The notes below the pieces were generated by a model. It saw only the letters and a list, made by a program, of their open reading frames with translations, had not been told where the DNA came from and made no database searches. Position numbers and translations under genes: made by a program. A stretch of DNA of 64,000 nucleotides from Methylotenera sp. (GTDB lineage Bacteria > Pseudomonadota > Gammaproteobacteria > Burkholderiales > Methylophilaceae): NCBI GenBank assembly GCA_046598525.1, contig JBKJIJ010000021.1, forward strand, positions 7,142-71,141. The letters are read 5' to 3'. Shown here piece after piece: positions 30,842-40,859 of this stretch (position 1 is the stretch's first letter; every line of letters starts with the position of its first letter).

Positions 30842-33511
30842 ATGTCCAAACTACTCATTGTAGAATCACCTTCTAAAGCAAAAACGCTTAAAAAATACCT
30901 TGGTAACGATTTTGAGGTGTTGGCTTCTTACGGCCATATTCGTGATTTAATCCCAAAAAATGGCGCGGTTGACCCAGCCAATAATTTCGCCATGAAATAC
31001 GACATTATTGAGCGCAATTCTAAACACATGGACGCGATTACGCGTGCGGTTAAAAGTGCCGATAGCATCTATCTGGCAACCGATCCGGACCGCGAAGGTG
31101 AAGCGATTTCGTGGCATATTGCCGAAATTTTAGCTGAGAAAAAATTACTTAAAAACAAGCTATTAAAACGCGTTGAATTTAACGAAATCACGCAAACAGC
31201 GGTAAAACACGCTATTGATAATCCGCGTGATATTGCCATGAACTTGGTCAACGCGCAGCAAGCACGCCGTGCGTTGGATTATTTGGTTGGCTTTAATTTA
31301 TCGCCACTTTTATGGAAAAAGATTCGCAGGGGTTTATCGGCGGGCCGCGTACAAAGCCCTGCGTTACGTTTAATTGTTGAGCGTGAATTAGAAATTGAAG
31401 CATTCGTTAGCCAAGAATATTGGTCAATTCACCTAGATGCGTTGAAACATGCGCACAGCTTTAACGCCAAATTAATTCAATTAAACGGCCAAAAAGTAGA
31501 ACAATTCACCGTTGTTAATCATGACCAACAGGCTGATATTGTTGGCAAACTATTGCTGGCCAGTGCTGGCAAAACCACCGTTTCGCGCGTTGAGAAAAAA
31601 CAACGTAGCCGTAGCCCTGCCGCGCCGTTTACTACATCAACCTTGCAACAAGAGGCTGTGCGTAAACTTGGCTTTACTACTTCACGTGCGATGAGAGTCG
31701 CTCAACAGCTCTATGAAGGTGTGGATGTTGGCAGCGGTACTACTGGTTTAATTACCTATATGCGTACCGATTCGTTCAGTTTGGCGACTGAAGCGGTGAT
31801 GAGTATTCGCGATTATGTGAAAAAGAATTTTGACGCCGATTATTTGCCAAAATCGCCGATTATGTACAAAACCAAAGCCAAAAATGCGCAAGAAGCGCAT
31901 GAGGCGATTCGCCCGACCGATATTGAGCGCAGCCCAACCGCCATGCGCAAATATCTAAACGATGAGCAATTTAAATTATATGAAATGATTTGGAAGCGCA
32001 CGCTGGCTTGCCAAATGTCACCTGCCAAATTTGACGCGGTAAGTGTGGATTTAAGTGTTGGCAGTGAGGCCAATTTATTTCGCGCCACTGGCCAAACCTT
32101 GGTGTTCCCGGGATTTATCGCGGTGTATATGGAAGGCCGCGATGATGAAGAGGAAGAAGGCGAAAGCAAGTTGCCGCATCTTGAGGCTGGCGAAGTGTTA
32201 AATGTAGAAAGAATCTATGGCGATCAACACTTTACAGAGCCGCCGCCAAGATACGGTGAAGCCAGTTTGGTGAAAATTTTAGAAGAATACGGCATTGGCC
32301 GCCCTTCTACTTACGCCAGCATTATTAGCACGCTGCAAGACCGCGAATACGTGATTTTAGATAAAAAACGCTTTACCCCAACCGACGTAGGCCGCGTGGT
32401 GGTTAAGTTTTTAACGGAACATTTCACTAAATATGTGGATTACGACTTTACCGCCAACTTAGAAAATGCGCTGGATAACGTTGCCGATGGCTCACGCGAA
32501 TGGATTCCTTTAATGGATGAATTTTGGCAAGGCTTTAATGCGCAAATTATCAGCAAGGCCGATGTTGATAGGCCAGGCAACGAATTGATTGATGAAGCTT
32601 GCCCAAAATGTGGCAAGCCGCTGCAAAAACAACTAAGCCGATTTGGCACATTTATTGGCTGCACAGGTTATAACGATGAGCCAAAATGTGACTACAAACG
32701 CAGCATGAACGGCACCGCGCAAGCAGGCGCTGACCCAGTGACGATTGGCTTGGATGCTGAATCTGGCAAAGAAATATACTTAATGAACGGGCCTTATGGG
32801 CCGTATCTGCAAATTGGTGTAGCGGTTGAAGGCGAAAAGAAAAAGCCGAAACGCGTCAGTATTCCAAAAGAAATACCGATTCCTAGTGTGAATATCGATA
32901 TCGCCAATATGCTGTTATCACTACCGCGCGATTTAGGTTTGCACCCTGAAACCAATAAAAAAATCGTGGCTAATATTGGTCGCTTTGGGCCTTATGTCAA
33001 TCACGATGGCAAGTTTAAATCGATTCCAAAATCGGACAGTGTATTTAGCATTGATAACGCAGGTGCCGTTGCACTGCTAGCTGCCGCTAATACTGGCCCA
33101 GCGCCACTATTAGAGCTTGGCGCGCATCCATCTGGTGAAGGCAGAATTGAAGTATTTGCGGGCCGCTACGGGCCATATGTACAGCATGGCAAACTGCGCG
33201 CAACCTTGCCAAAAAGCATTGAGCCTGAATCTTTAACATTAGATGAAGCACTTGGTTTGCTAGCTGAAAAAGCCGCTAAAGATGAAGCAACAGGCAAAAC
33301 GGGCACTAAAAAAGTAGCGACTAAAAAAGCGCCTGCTAAAAAGACATTGGCTAAAAAACCGGCGGCCAAAAAAGCCAGTACTGCTACTAAAACAACAACT
33401 GAAAAAGCGGCTGTTAAAAAACCTGCGGCTAAAAAACCAGCCGTTAAAAAAGCGACGGTTAAAAAAACCACTACTGAAAAAGCAGCCACAGAAAAAGTAG
33501 CCGCTGAATAA
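30842..33511 (+). CDS. topA: DNA topoisomerase I with Lys/Ala-rich C-terminal tail
   Basis: IVESPSK, ATDPDREGE, SAGRVQS, GLITYMRTD, GIGRPSTY. Confidence 0.98.
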   Translation: MSKLLIVESPSKAKTLKKYLGNDFEVLASYGHIRDLIPKNGAVDPANNFAMKYDIIERNSKHMDAITRAVKSADSIYLATDPDREGEAISWHIAEILAEKKLLKNKLLKRVEFNEITQTAVKHAIDNPRDIAMNLVNAQQARRALDYLVGFNLSPLLWKKIRRGLSAGRVQSPALRLIVERELEIEAFVSQEYWSIHLDALKHAHSFNAKLIQLNGQKVEQFTVVNHDQQADIVGKLLLASAGKTTVSRVEKKQRSRSPAAPFTTSTLQQEAVRKLGFTTSRAMRVAQQLYEGVDVGSGTTGLITYMRTDSFSLATEAVMSIRDYVKKNFDADYLPKSPIMYKTKAKNAQEAHEAIRPTDIERSPTAMRKYLNDEQFKLYEMIWKRTLACQMSPAKFDAVSVDLSVGSEANLFRATGQTLVFPGFIAVYMEGRDDEEEEGESKLPHLEAGEVLNVERIYGDQHFTEPPPRYGEASLVKILEEYGIGRPSTYASIISTLQDREYVILDKKRFTPTDVGRVVVKFLTEHFTKYVDYDFTANLENALDNVADGSREWIPLMDEFWQGFNAQIISKADVDRPGNELIDEACPKCGKPLQKQLSRFGTFIGCTGYNDEPKCDYKRSMNGTAQAGADPVTIGLDAESGKEIYLMNGPYGPYLQIGVAVEGEKKKPKRVSIPKEIPIPSVNIDIANMLLSLPRDLGLHPETNKKIVANIGRFGPYVNHDGKFKSIPKSDSVFSIDNAGAVALLAAANTGPAPLLELGAHPSGEGRIEVFAGRYGPYVQHGKLRATLPKSIEPESLTLDEALGLLAEKAAKDEATGKTGTKKVATKKAPAKKTLAKKPAAKKASTATKTTTEKAAVKKPAAKKPAVKKATVKKTTTEKAATEKVAAE

Positions 33512-33530
33512 CTTGGTTTGAGTAATAAAC

Positions 33531-33566
33531 AAAAACGGCGCTAAATTTTAATTTAGCGCCGTTTTT
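33531..33566 (+). terminator. Bidirectional intrinsic terminator between topA and pbpG
   Basis: AAAAACGGCGCTAAAT-TTTA-ATTTAGCGCCGTTTTT. Confidence 0.9.
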
Positions 33567-33664
33567 TATGTCACTTTTACTTTTGTCTAACTTTTGTTCA
33601 TCAATCAAATTTGCAAATGTATAACTTCTTTAATTTGAATCAGATTTATAAGTTTTAAAAATTC

Positions 33665-34756
33665 TTAAGAAATTCTACCCGCCATCACTTCGTTTGCCCT
33701 TGGTTTAAGCTTTAAAGCATCTACCTGACCAGTGGTGGTGATTTTTGGCTCACTATTATATTCCATCCATTTGCGTACACGGTTGGCATCGCCAATTCGG
33801 GTCATTTTACCGTTAGAATCTAACAGCACGATAATCATGGGCTCGCCTGCAATTTGCGCTTGCATCACCAAACAGCGCCCAGCTTCAGAAATATAGCCTG
33901 TTTTTGAAAGGCCAATTTTCCACTCACCACCGCGCACTAAGCCGTTGGTATTGTTAAAGTTAACGCCGTAAGTGCGGCCGTTTACATACACTTCATGCGA
34001 TGGGGTAGTACTTGCCATTCTAATTTCTGGGTATTGATACGCCGCCGCCACCATTTTCGCTAAATCTTCAGCTGTGGATACATTGCCGCTATTTAAGCCA
34101 GTTGAATCTAGAAAATTCGTATTAATCATGCCTAATTGAATCGCTTTTGCATTCATGGCTTTAATAAAGGCATAACGGCCGCCGGGATAGTGACGGCTAA
34201 GCGCGGAAGCCGCACGATTTTCGGATGCCATTAATGCTAATTGCAACATATCGCTACGGCTTAACTCTGAGCCAACTCTTAATCTTGAGCTGGTGCCTTT
34301 TAAATAATCAACATCACCTTCTGAAATGGTTAATGTTTCATCAAGCGATAATTTCGCATCCAACATAACCATGGCTGTCATTAATTTGGTAATAGATGCA
34401 ATCGGCGTAAGCGCATTAGTATTTTTAGCGTAAACCACTTCACCTGTATTTTGATTAATAATCAATGCCTTAGCCGAAGCTAAGTGCAACATACCACTGC
34501 CATTTGTTTCTACAAATTGTGCTTGTGGTTGTGATTGTACAAAAGCAGGCGCTTTGCGTGCTTTAAAATGTATTCTTTTAACTCGGCTATTTTTTAAGCG
34601 AGTACGCGAACTGACGCGAGATTTAGATACGCTACTTTTTTGGCTAGTATGAACACGCTTTTGCGATTTCTTCTCTACCGCAAGCGATTCGATTGGTGTG
34701 GCCACCAACGAAAAAGCGGCGTATAAAAGCACTAGCTTTTTGAGTAATTTAGTCAT
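33665..34756 (-). CDS. pbpG: D-alanyl-D-alanine endopeptidase (PBP7)
   Basis: SITK, SEN and KTG penicillin-binding motifs; basic Ser/Arg/Lys N-terminal region. Confidence 0.92.
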   Translation of the reverse strand: MTKLLKKLVLLYAAFSLVATPIESLAVEKKSQKRVHTSQKSSVSKSRVSSRTRLKNSRVKRIHFKARKAPAFVQSQPQAQFVETNGSGMLHLASAKALIINQNTGEVVYAKNTNALTPIASITKLMTAMVMLDAKLSLDETLTISEGDVDYLKGTSSRLRVGSELSRSDMLQLALMASENRAASALSRHYPGGRYAFIKAMNAKAIQLGMINTNFLDSTGLNSGNVSTAEDLAKMVAAAYQYPEIRMASTTPSHEVYVNGRTYGVNFNNTNGLVRGGEWKIGLSKTGYISEAGRCLVMQAQIAGEPMIIVLLDSNGKMTRIGDANRVRKWMEYNSEPKITTTGQVDALKLKPRANEVMAGRIS

Positions 34757-35057
34757 TTTTGAACCCTTATTTCAACAACGTTTAAGCAAATAATATATAA
34801 AAAATGTTTATTTGTCATTAACTTAGCGCTTATTTATAAAATAAATATTAGCATGCTACTTAATTAGTCTTTTTTGACACAAGCACAGTAAATTTACATA
34901 ACTATTTGTTATTTTTGACACAAAAACAAAATGCCAAACAGCAACTTATTGCATTTTAATTATTCCTACATGATTGAATGACACTAAAGATGAGTGACAA
35001 ATTCATTTCCTGTGAGAAAATAACTGTAATTAAATCAGCCGACGATTATACAAAACA

Positions 35058-35444
35058 ATGAAATTTCCTGATACTTATCATTACACCACCGAACATTTAT
35101 GGGTTAGCCAATCTGCCGCAGGCGAGTGGCTTGCTGGCATTACCAATTACGCGCAAGACTTATTAGGTGACATTGTTTTTATTCAGCCACCCACTATAGG
35201 CGATGTGATTAAAAACGGTGTTAGCTGCGGCGTTGTAGAATCGGTTAAAACAGGCTCTGATTTACACGCGCCAATGAACGGCATTGTGACTGAGATTAAC
35301 GATGACTTATTAAACGCGCCAGAAGGTATTAACGATAAGCCTTATTCGGCTTGGATATTTAAGTTCAAACCACTGGATGACACGGATATTGGCCACTTTT
35401 TAACAGCAGCGGCTTATGCGGAATTAGTGCAACAAGACAATTAA
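35058..35444 (+). CDS. gcvH: Glycine cleavage H protein (lipoyl carrier)
   Basis: HLWV, GITNYAQDLLGDIVFI, VESVK lipoyl lysine. Confidence 0.92.
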   Translation: MKFPDTYHYTTEHLWVSQSAAGEWLAGITNYAQDLLGDIVFIQPPTIGDVIKNGVSCGVVESVKTGSDLHAPMNGIVTEINDDLLNAPEGINDKPYSAWIFKFKPLDDTDIGHFLTAAAYAELVQQDN

Positions 35445-35482
35445 GGCAACCTAATTTAGTCAGCCTATTTAAGGCTACCTAT

Positions 35483-36478
35483 TTAAGGTAATACGAACTT
35501 CACCTTTAACAACAATTGCTGCAACTCTTCTGTTAGTTGCAGCCGTAAATCTTGCTCTAACGCTGGCAATGCGCTGGCTAAAATCTGCTGAATATTATCG
35601 CGCAACACTTCTTGCACTGCAGGTAAATCGCCATTCACAGTGCTTAAAAAGTCTTCTCTCAATGCTAAAGTTTGCGCATTCATTTCTTCTACAAATTTGG
35701 CTTTTACCTCACCAACGGCCGCCGTATAAATATCAGGCAGCGCCGCGTTTAAATCCGTTTTAACTTGCGTTAAGGCATCGTCTTGAATGGTTTGCATGTG
35801 TTGCTGCAACGCAAGGCTGGCTTGTTGCGAAATATCTTGGTACACATTAGTTAATGCTTCGTGCGCCAGCGTTTGCTGCTGTTGCAACGATGTATCGTGA
35901 AAAGCCTGCATTTCTTGCGTTAATTCTTGGCTAGCGCGCTGCGATGCCTCTGTTTTTAGCGCTTCAATATGTGTGCTAATTTCAGCGGTTGCGGCTTGGC
36001 TAGACGTTTGCATCACATCGGTGAGCATTCTATCCATTTTAGTAACCACATCGGTTTGCATAAGCGCAATCCGTTGTTGCAAGCTGGTATGCACTAAATC
36101 GGCGCTGGCTTGATACATGCGCGGCAACTCGGTTTTAAGATCCGCTTTGGTTTTATCCACAAAATCGCTCACATTGGATTCAATACCCAACTTAGTTTTA
36201 GCAATTTCAGCCTGCAGCTCATGCATCAAATCTTTTTTAAGCGTATCGCGCAAATTATCCATTACCGCTTGCGTGATTTCCGCCTCTAGCCTTGGCCGCA
36301 CATGGCCTGTTACGCGCGAAATAAATTCTGGCGTAATGCCTAAAGTTGGATCATTTGTGCGATTACTCTGCGCCTTAAAATCTTGCGTAGTAATACCAGA
36401 TGTATTAACGCCTGATTTGGGCTGATAAACGGTGGTCAGCACCGGTATTTTGCTATCTGATGAATGGTTATCGGCCAA
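35483..36478 (-). CDS. Hypothetical helical/coiled-coil protein with N-terminal IPVLT motif (DUF2486-like)
   Basis: Long ORF co-oriented with holC; Gln/Leu/Ala-rich amphipathic repeats. Confidence 0.7.
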   Translation of the reverse strand: MADNHSSDSKIPVLTTVYQPKSGVNTSGITTQDFKAQSNRTNDPTLGITPEFISRVTGHVRPRLEAEITQAVMDNLRDTLKKDLMHELQAEIAKTKLGIESNVSDFVDKTKADLKTELPRMYQASADLVHTSLQQRIALMQTDVVTKMDRMLTDVMQTSSQAATAEISTHIEALKTEASQRASQELTQEMQAFHDTSLQQQQTLAHEALTNVYQDISQQASLALQQHMQTIQDDALTQVKTDLNAALPDIYTAAVGEVKAKFVEEMNAQTLALREDFLSTVNGDLPAVQEVLRDNIQQILASALPALEQDLRLQLTEELQQLLLKVKFVLP

Positions 36479-36486
36479 AGTAATCT

Positions 36487-36960
36487 CTATTCCGCGTTTA
36501 CCGCTGTTAATGTTGCTTGATTTTGTTTAGCGTAATCAATGTGTTGAATCTCATAGCCTCTATCGCGATAAAACTTATAGCGTATACGCCCATTTTGCTT
36601 GTCAGCTTCATCATTGCCAACCATCTCAACCAAATGCGTAAAGCGGCTAAAAAATGGCGGCTGGTGCGCGCTTAAATTAATCAGTAATTCATCTTGCGTA
36701 ACAGCATCTAACTGACCAGCTGCATTGGTTTTGCATGCAATAACCACTGGCGATTTTGCGGCATGCGCATGATCCGCCATTACATGCGGCAAAAAGCTTG
36801 TGGCATTTTGTTGCCACAACTTGTTTGATAGTTGATTAGCGCTATCTATATCTTCAGTTAATACAGTCACTTGCCTGCGTTTAAGCAAAGCGCTTTCAAC
36901 CAAGCTTGCTAGCAAGCTTGGTTTATCGTCAACATTTGAGTAAAACTCAATTCTGGTCAT
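36487..36960 (-). CDS. holC: DNA polymerase III chi subunit
   Basis: MTRIEFY, LWQQNATSFLPH, RYKFYRDRGY; follows pepA. Confidence 0.92.
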   Translation of the reverse strand: MTRIEFYSNVDDKPSLLASLVESALLKRRQVTVLTEDIDSANQLSNKLWQQNATSFLPHVMADHAHAAKSPVVIACKTNAAGQLDAVTQDELLINLSAHQPPFFSRFTHLVEMVGNDEADKQNGRIRYKFYRDRGYEIQHIDYAKQNQATLTAVNAE

Positions 36961-36990
36961 GCTAAATTTATATGCCTAAAATCTAAATGC

Positions 36991-38469
36991 CTAAGAAGCG
37001 CGTTGAATCAAAAATGTGGTCAGCAATGGCACTGGGCGGCCTGTTCCGCCTTTTTCTTTACCACTTTTCCAAGCCGTACCAGCAATATCCAAATGCGCCC
37101 AATCGTATTTTTTAGCAAAACGCGATAAGAAACAAGCCGCGGTAATACTGCCACCTGCACGGCCGCCAATATTGGCGATATCAGCAAAATTGCTGTCTAG
37201 CTGGCTTTGAAACTCTTCCCATAACGGCATATGCCAAGCTCTGTCATGCGCGGCTTCGCCGGCTTCTAGCAATTCTTTAGCAAGCGCATCTTTGTTGCTA
37301 AACAATCCACTTGGGTGATGGCCTAACGCAATCACGCAAGCGCCTGTTAGCGTAGCAATATCCACCACTGCACTTGGCTCAAAACGCTCTGCGTAAGTCA
37401 GCGCGTCACATAAAATCAAGCGGCCTTCTGCATCAGTATTCAGCACTTCAATGGTTAGTCCAGCCATCGATGTCAAAATATCGCCCGGCTTAATCGCGCC
37501 AGCATCTGGCATATTTTCGCAAGCTGGAATCACGCCGACTACATTAATCGCTAAATCCATTTCGCCAATGGCTTTAAATGTGCCCATTACACTGGCCGCA
37601 CCGCACATATCGTATTTCATCTCATCCATATCGCCGCCTGGTTTTAATGAAATACCGCCTGTGTCAAAAGTAATGCCTTTGCCCACCAGCACCACTGGTT
37701 TTTGCGATTTTTTGCCTTTTAAATGTTGCAATACAATTAAACGCGGCGGCTCTACACTGCCTTGCGCAACGCCCAAAAATGAGCCCATACCTAATTTTTC
37801 AATTTCAGCGCGCTCTAATACTTCTACTTTAAAGCCGTATTGCTTGGCCATTAATTTCGCTTGCTCACCCAAATAGCTTGGTGTGCAAATATTTGGTGGC
37901 AAATTACCTAAATCTTTAGCAACCGTTACGCCAGCGCCAATCGCGGCACCTTGTTTAATGGCGGCTTCAGCCGATGCGATATCGGCTTTATCCACATTAA
38001 TCGTTACTTTAGTTAAGGTAATTGGATCAGCTTTTTTGGCTTTAATCGCGTTTACTTGATAGGTCGCATCAAGCACCACCTCAACCAATTGCGCTACTTT
38101 TGCATGTGTATCCGATTTCTTAATCGCAATTTCTGCCAAAAACAAACTGGCATGCGCAACGCCTTTAGGCAGCGCTTTTACAGCAGCGCGCACGGCTTGG
38201 CGATAGTGTTTTTCGCTATATTCATCTTGCTTGCCTAAACCCACCAACATCACACGGCTGGCTTCAACACCGCTAAGTTGATGCAAAACAAGGCAAGTAT
38301 TTAATTTACCTTCAAAATCACCATTTTTTAAAACGGTAGAAATGTCTTTATCGGCCACTTTATCCAATTCTTTGGCGGCATCACTTAATTTATTGCCTTC
38401 AAAAACACCCACAATGGCACAATCTGCGCGTTGTTTTTCAGGATTTCCGTTTTTTATGCTAAATTCCAT
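36991..38469 (-). CDS. pepA: Leucyl aminopeptidase A
   Basis: VGKGITFDTGG, MKYDMCG, NTDAEGRL. Confidence 0.97.
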   Translation of the reverse strand: MEFSIKNGNPEKQRADCAIVGVFEGNKLSDAAKELDKVADKDISTVLKNGDFEGKLNTCLVLHQLSGVEASRVMLVGLGKQDEYSEKHYRQAVRAAVKALPKGVAHASLFLAEIAIKKSDTHAKVAQLVEVVLDATYQVNAIKAKKADPITLTKVTINVDKADIASAEAAIKQGAAIGAGVTVAKDLGNLPPNICTPSYLGEQAKLMAKQYGFKVEVLERAEIEKLGMGSFLGVAQGSVEPPRLIVLQHLKGKKSQKPVVLVGKGITFDTGGISLKPGGDMDEMKYDMCGAASVMGTFKAIGEMDLAINVVGVIPACENMPDAGAIKPGDILTSMAGLTIEVLNTDAEGRLILCDALTYAERFEPSAVVDIATLTGACVIALGHHPSGLFSNKDALAKELLEAGEAAHDRAWHMPLWEEFQSQLDSNFADIANIGGRAGGSITAACFLSRFAKKYDWAHLDIAGTAWKSGKEKGGTGRPVPLLTTFLIQRAS

Positions 38470-38500
38470 TGCTAGTCCTTTTTTATTTAAAGCGGCTTAA

Positions 38501-38540
38501 ATTCAAAATCTGGGTTTAAAATTCAAAATCTGAGTTTAAA
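38501..38540. repeat. Tandem 20-bp direct repeat in the pepA/lptF divergent region
   Basis: ATTCAAAATCTGGGTTTAAA then ATTCAAAATCTGAGTTTAAA (1 mismatch). Confidence 0.9.
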
Positions 38541-38649
38541 TCGGTATGTAAAGCCAATACGTTTAAGCTTTCATATTTAGTTAATTCGTTTTAACCAATT
38601 ATCCAGCGTTTTCAGGCGAAATCAAAGCCCAAATTGGAACAATATTAAA

Positions 38650-39765
38650 TTGCGTATATTCAAAAAATCATTATTACACGAGTTGATTAGCACCGCTGGC
38701 GCGTTGTTCTTAATACTCATTGGCATTGTTGTGGCACAGCGCGCCGGTAACTTGATTCGATTAGCGTCTAAAGGCATATTGCCAAACGACGCCATCACTA
38801 CTTTGTTGGGCTTTAACATGGTTAAGTTCCTACCCATGATTTTATCGCTGACCATTTTTTTAAGCGTTTTGTTGACCTTAACGCGCTGGCATCGCGATTC
38901 TGAAATGGCGGTTTGGTTTAGCTCTGGCTTAAGCATTAGCAAGTGGATTCGCCCTATTTTAAGTTTTGCCATTCCTGTAGTCATTGTGGTTTCGCTACTG
39001 AGTTTTTTGGTGATGCCATGGGCCACGCAAAAAGTAGAAGATTACCGCGTACAGCTTAAAAGCCGCGATGAGCTGGCATCCATCACACCCGGCGTTTTTA
39101 AAGAATCCAATGGTGGCGACCGCATTTACTTTATCGAAAGTTTTGATGAGCTAGGCAAAGTGGTTAAAAATATCTTTGTGCAATCCACACAGCATCAAAA
39201 AAATGGCGTCATCGTGGCTTCTGCTGGCAGCCGCGATAAAGCCGAAAGTGGCGATAATTTTATAGTGTTGCAAAAAGGCCGGCGTTATGAAGGTAAGCCC
39301 GATTCAGCCGAAGTATCGACTACCGAGTTTGAACGCTACGCGATTAGAATTGAAACCAAAGAAGTCGCGCGCGAACCCAATAGCACCAACGCAACGCCTA
39401 CTGAAGCGCTATTAAATAGCGCCTCGCCAGCCGATGCGGCAGAACTGCAATGGCGTTTAGCGATTCCTATTTCGGCACTAATTTTGGTTTTATTAGCCGT
39501 GCCACTTAGCTTTGTAGATCCACGCGCCGGCCGCTCGCTAAACTTAATGTTTGCGCTGCTTATCTATATTATTTACAACAATATATTAAGTATTTTTCAA
39601 GCGTGGGTAACGCAGGGGCGGCTTAGCACCATGGTTGGCCTATGGCCTGTGCATGCGTTTTTTATTCTTTTAGCGGTTTATATGTTTTACCGCCGCACTT
39701 ATTTGTTGCCGATTATGCCTTTGTTTATATCAAGGCTTTGGTCGGCTAAACGCCCTAAAAAGTAA
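38650..39765 (+). CDS. lptF: LPS export ABC permease LptF
   Basis: RWHRDSEMAVWFSSG, AELQWRLAIP, PRAGR; divergent from pepA. Confidence 0.93.
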   Translation: MRIFKKSLLHELISTAGALFLILIGIVVAQRAGNLIRLASKGILPNDAITTLLGFNMVKFLPMILSLTIFLSVLLTLTRWHRDSEMAVWFSSGLSISKWIRPILSFAIPVVIVVSLLSFLVMPWATQKVEDYRVQLKSRDELASITPGVFKESNGGDRIYFIESFDELGKVVKNIFVQSTQHQKNGVIVASAGSRDKAESGDNFIVLQKGRRYEGKPDSAEVSTTEFERYAIRIETKEVAREPNSTNATPTEALLNSASPADAAELQWRLAIPISALILVLLAVPLSFVDPRAGRSLNLMFALLIYIIYNNILSIFQAWVTQGRLSTMVGLWPVHAFFILLAVYMFYRRTYLLPIMPLFISRLWSAKRPKK

Positions 39766-39770
39766 CCATC

Positions 39771-40859
39771 ATGAATATTTTTAACCGCTACCTGTGGCAA
39801 GAAACTTGCGTTAATATTGTCATGATAATGCTGGGTTTATTGGCCTTGTTTTCCTTCTTCGATTTAATTCAAGAGTTGGATACGCTTGGCCGTGGCGATT
39901 ACGGCATCAGCACCATGCTCATGTTTGTTGTGTTAAGTATTCCTGGCCATATTTATGAAGTGGTTCCTGTAGCGGTGTTAGTGGGTATGATGTACAGCCT
40001 TGGCACTTTGGCACGCAATTCCGAGCTGGTAGTAATGCGCGTAAGCGGCATTTCGGTGGTTAATATTGGCTGGATTCTCATTAAAGTAGGCTTTCTATTT
40101 ACCATCATCACTTTTTTAGTGGGTGAATTAATCACACCAATTAGCGAAAAAATGGCGCAACGCATGCGCATTAAAGCCACCGATTCTGTAGTTGCGCAAG
40201 ACTTTAAAACCGGGCTTTGGGTAAAAGACGGTAAAAGTTTTGTGAATGTGGAAAGCGTGCTACCAGACGCTAGTTTGCTCAATATTCATATTTACGAATT
40301 TGATAATAACTTTAAATTACGCAGCATTAGCAACGCCAAAAATGGCTATTTTGATAATGAGCGATGGCGTTTATCGCAGGTAACGCAAACCAAATTTAAT
40401 AACGCAAAAGTGATTCAGCAAAGCAATATTCAAACGCAAACGTTTAGCGAAGCCAATTGGAAATCGCTGATTCGGCCAGAGTTGCTCAATGTGTTATTGG
40501 TCGCACCAGAGAAAATGTCGGCATGGAATTTATATTCATTTATTAACCATTTAAGTGCCAATAAACAAAAAACCACGCGTTACCAAGTGGCGCTGTGGGC
40601 AAAAATGATTTACCCGCTGGCCTGCATGGTGATGGTGATTTTGGCCTTACCTTTTGGCTTTTTGCAGCAGCGCTCAGACGGCACCAGCACTAAGATTTTT
40701 ATTGGTGTGCTGCTTGGCGTGGTGTATCAAATCATGAATCGCGTGTTTATTCACTTGGGCGTATTAAACGATTGGCCGCCGTTAATGAGCGCGGTTATTC
40801 CCACTATTCTGTTTTTGCTGGCAGGCTTAAGTTTGCTGTTTGTGGTGGAACGGCGCTAG
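39771..40859 (+). CDS. lptG: LPS export ABC permease LptG
   Basis: LARNSELVVMRVSG, PEKMS, LWAKMIYP. Confidence 0.93.
   Translation: MNIFNRYLWQETCVNIVMIMLGLLALFSFFDLIQELDTLGRGDYGISTMLMFVVLSIPGHIYEVVPVAVLVGMMYSLGTLARNSELVVMRVSGISVVNIGWILIKVGFLFTIITFLVGELITPISEKMAQRMRIKATDSVVAQDFKTGLWVKDGKSFVNVESVLPDASLLNIHIYEFDNNFKLRSISNAKNGYFDNERWRLSQVTQTKFNNAKVIQQSNIQTQTFSEANWKSLIRPELLNVLLVAPEKMSAWNLYSFINHLSANKQKTTRYQVALWAKMIYPLACMVMVILALPFGFLQQRSDGTSTKIFIGVLLGVVYQIMNRVFIHLGVLNDWPPLMSAVIPTILFLLAGLSLLFVVERR

Noticed and set aside
33166-33532. Hydrophobic or Phe-rich minus-strand ORFs opposite the TopA tail
   Set aside because: Antisense artefacts of AAA-rich Lys repeats; the same applies to 56757-57141 opposite the rsmB tail
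34757-35057. Possible glycine riboswitch upstream of gcvH
   Set aside because: AT-rich with no recognisable aptamer stems or conserved motifs
38622-39026. 134-aa minus-strand ORF opposite lptF, and other short overlapping ORFs in the track
   Set aside because: Fully overlapped by well-supported conserved genes on another frame or strand; no family motifs
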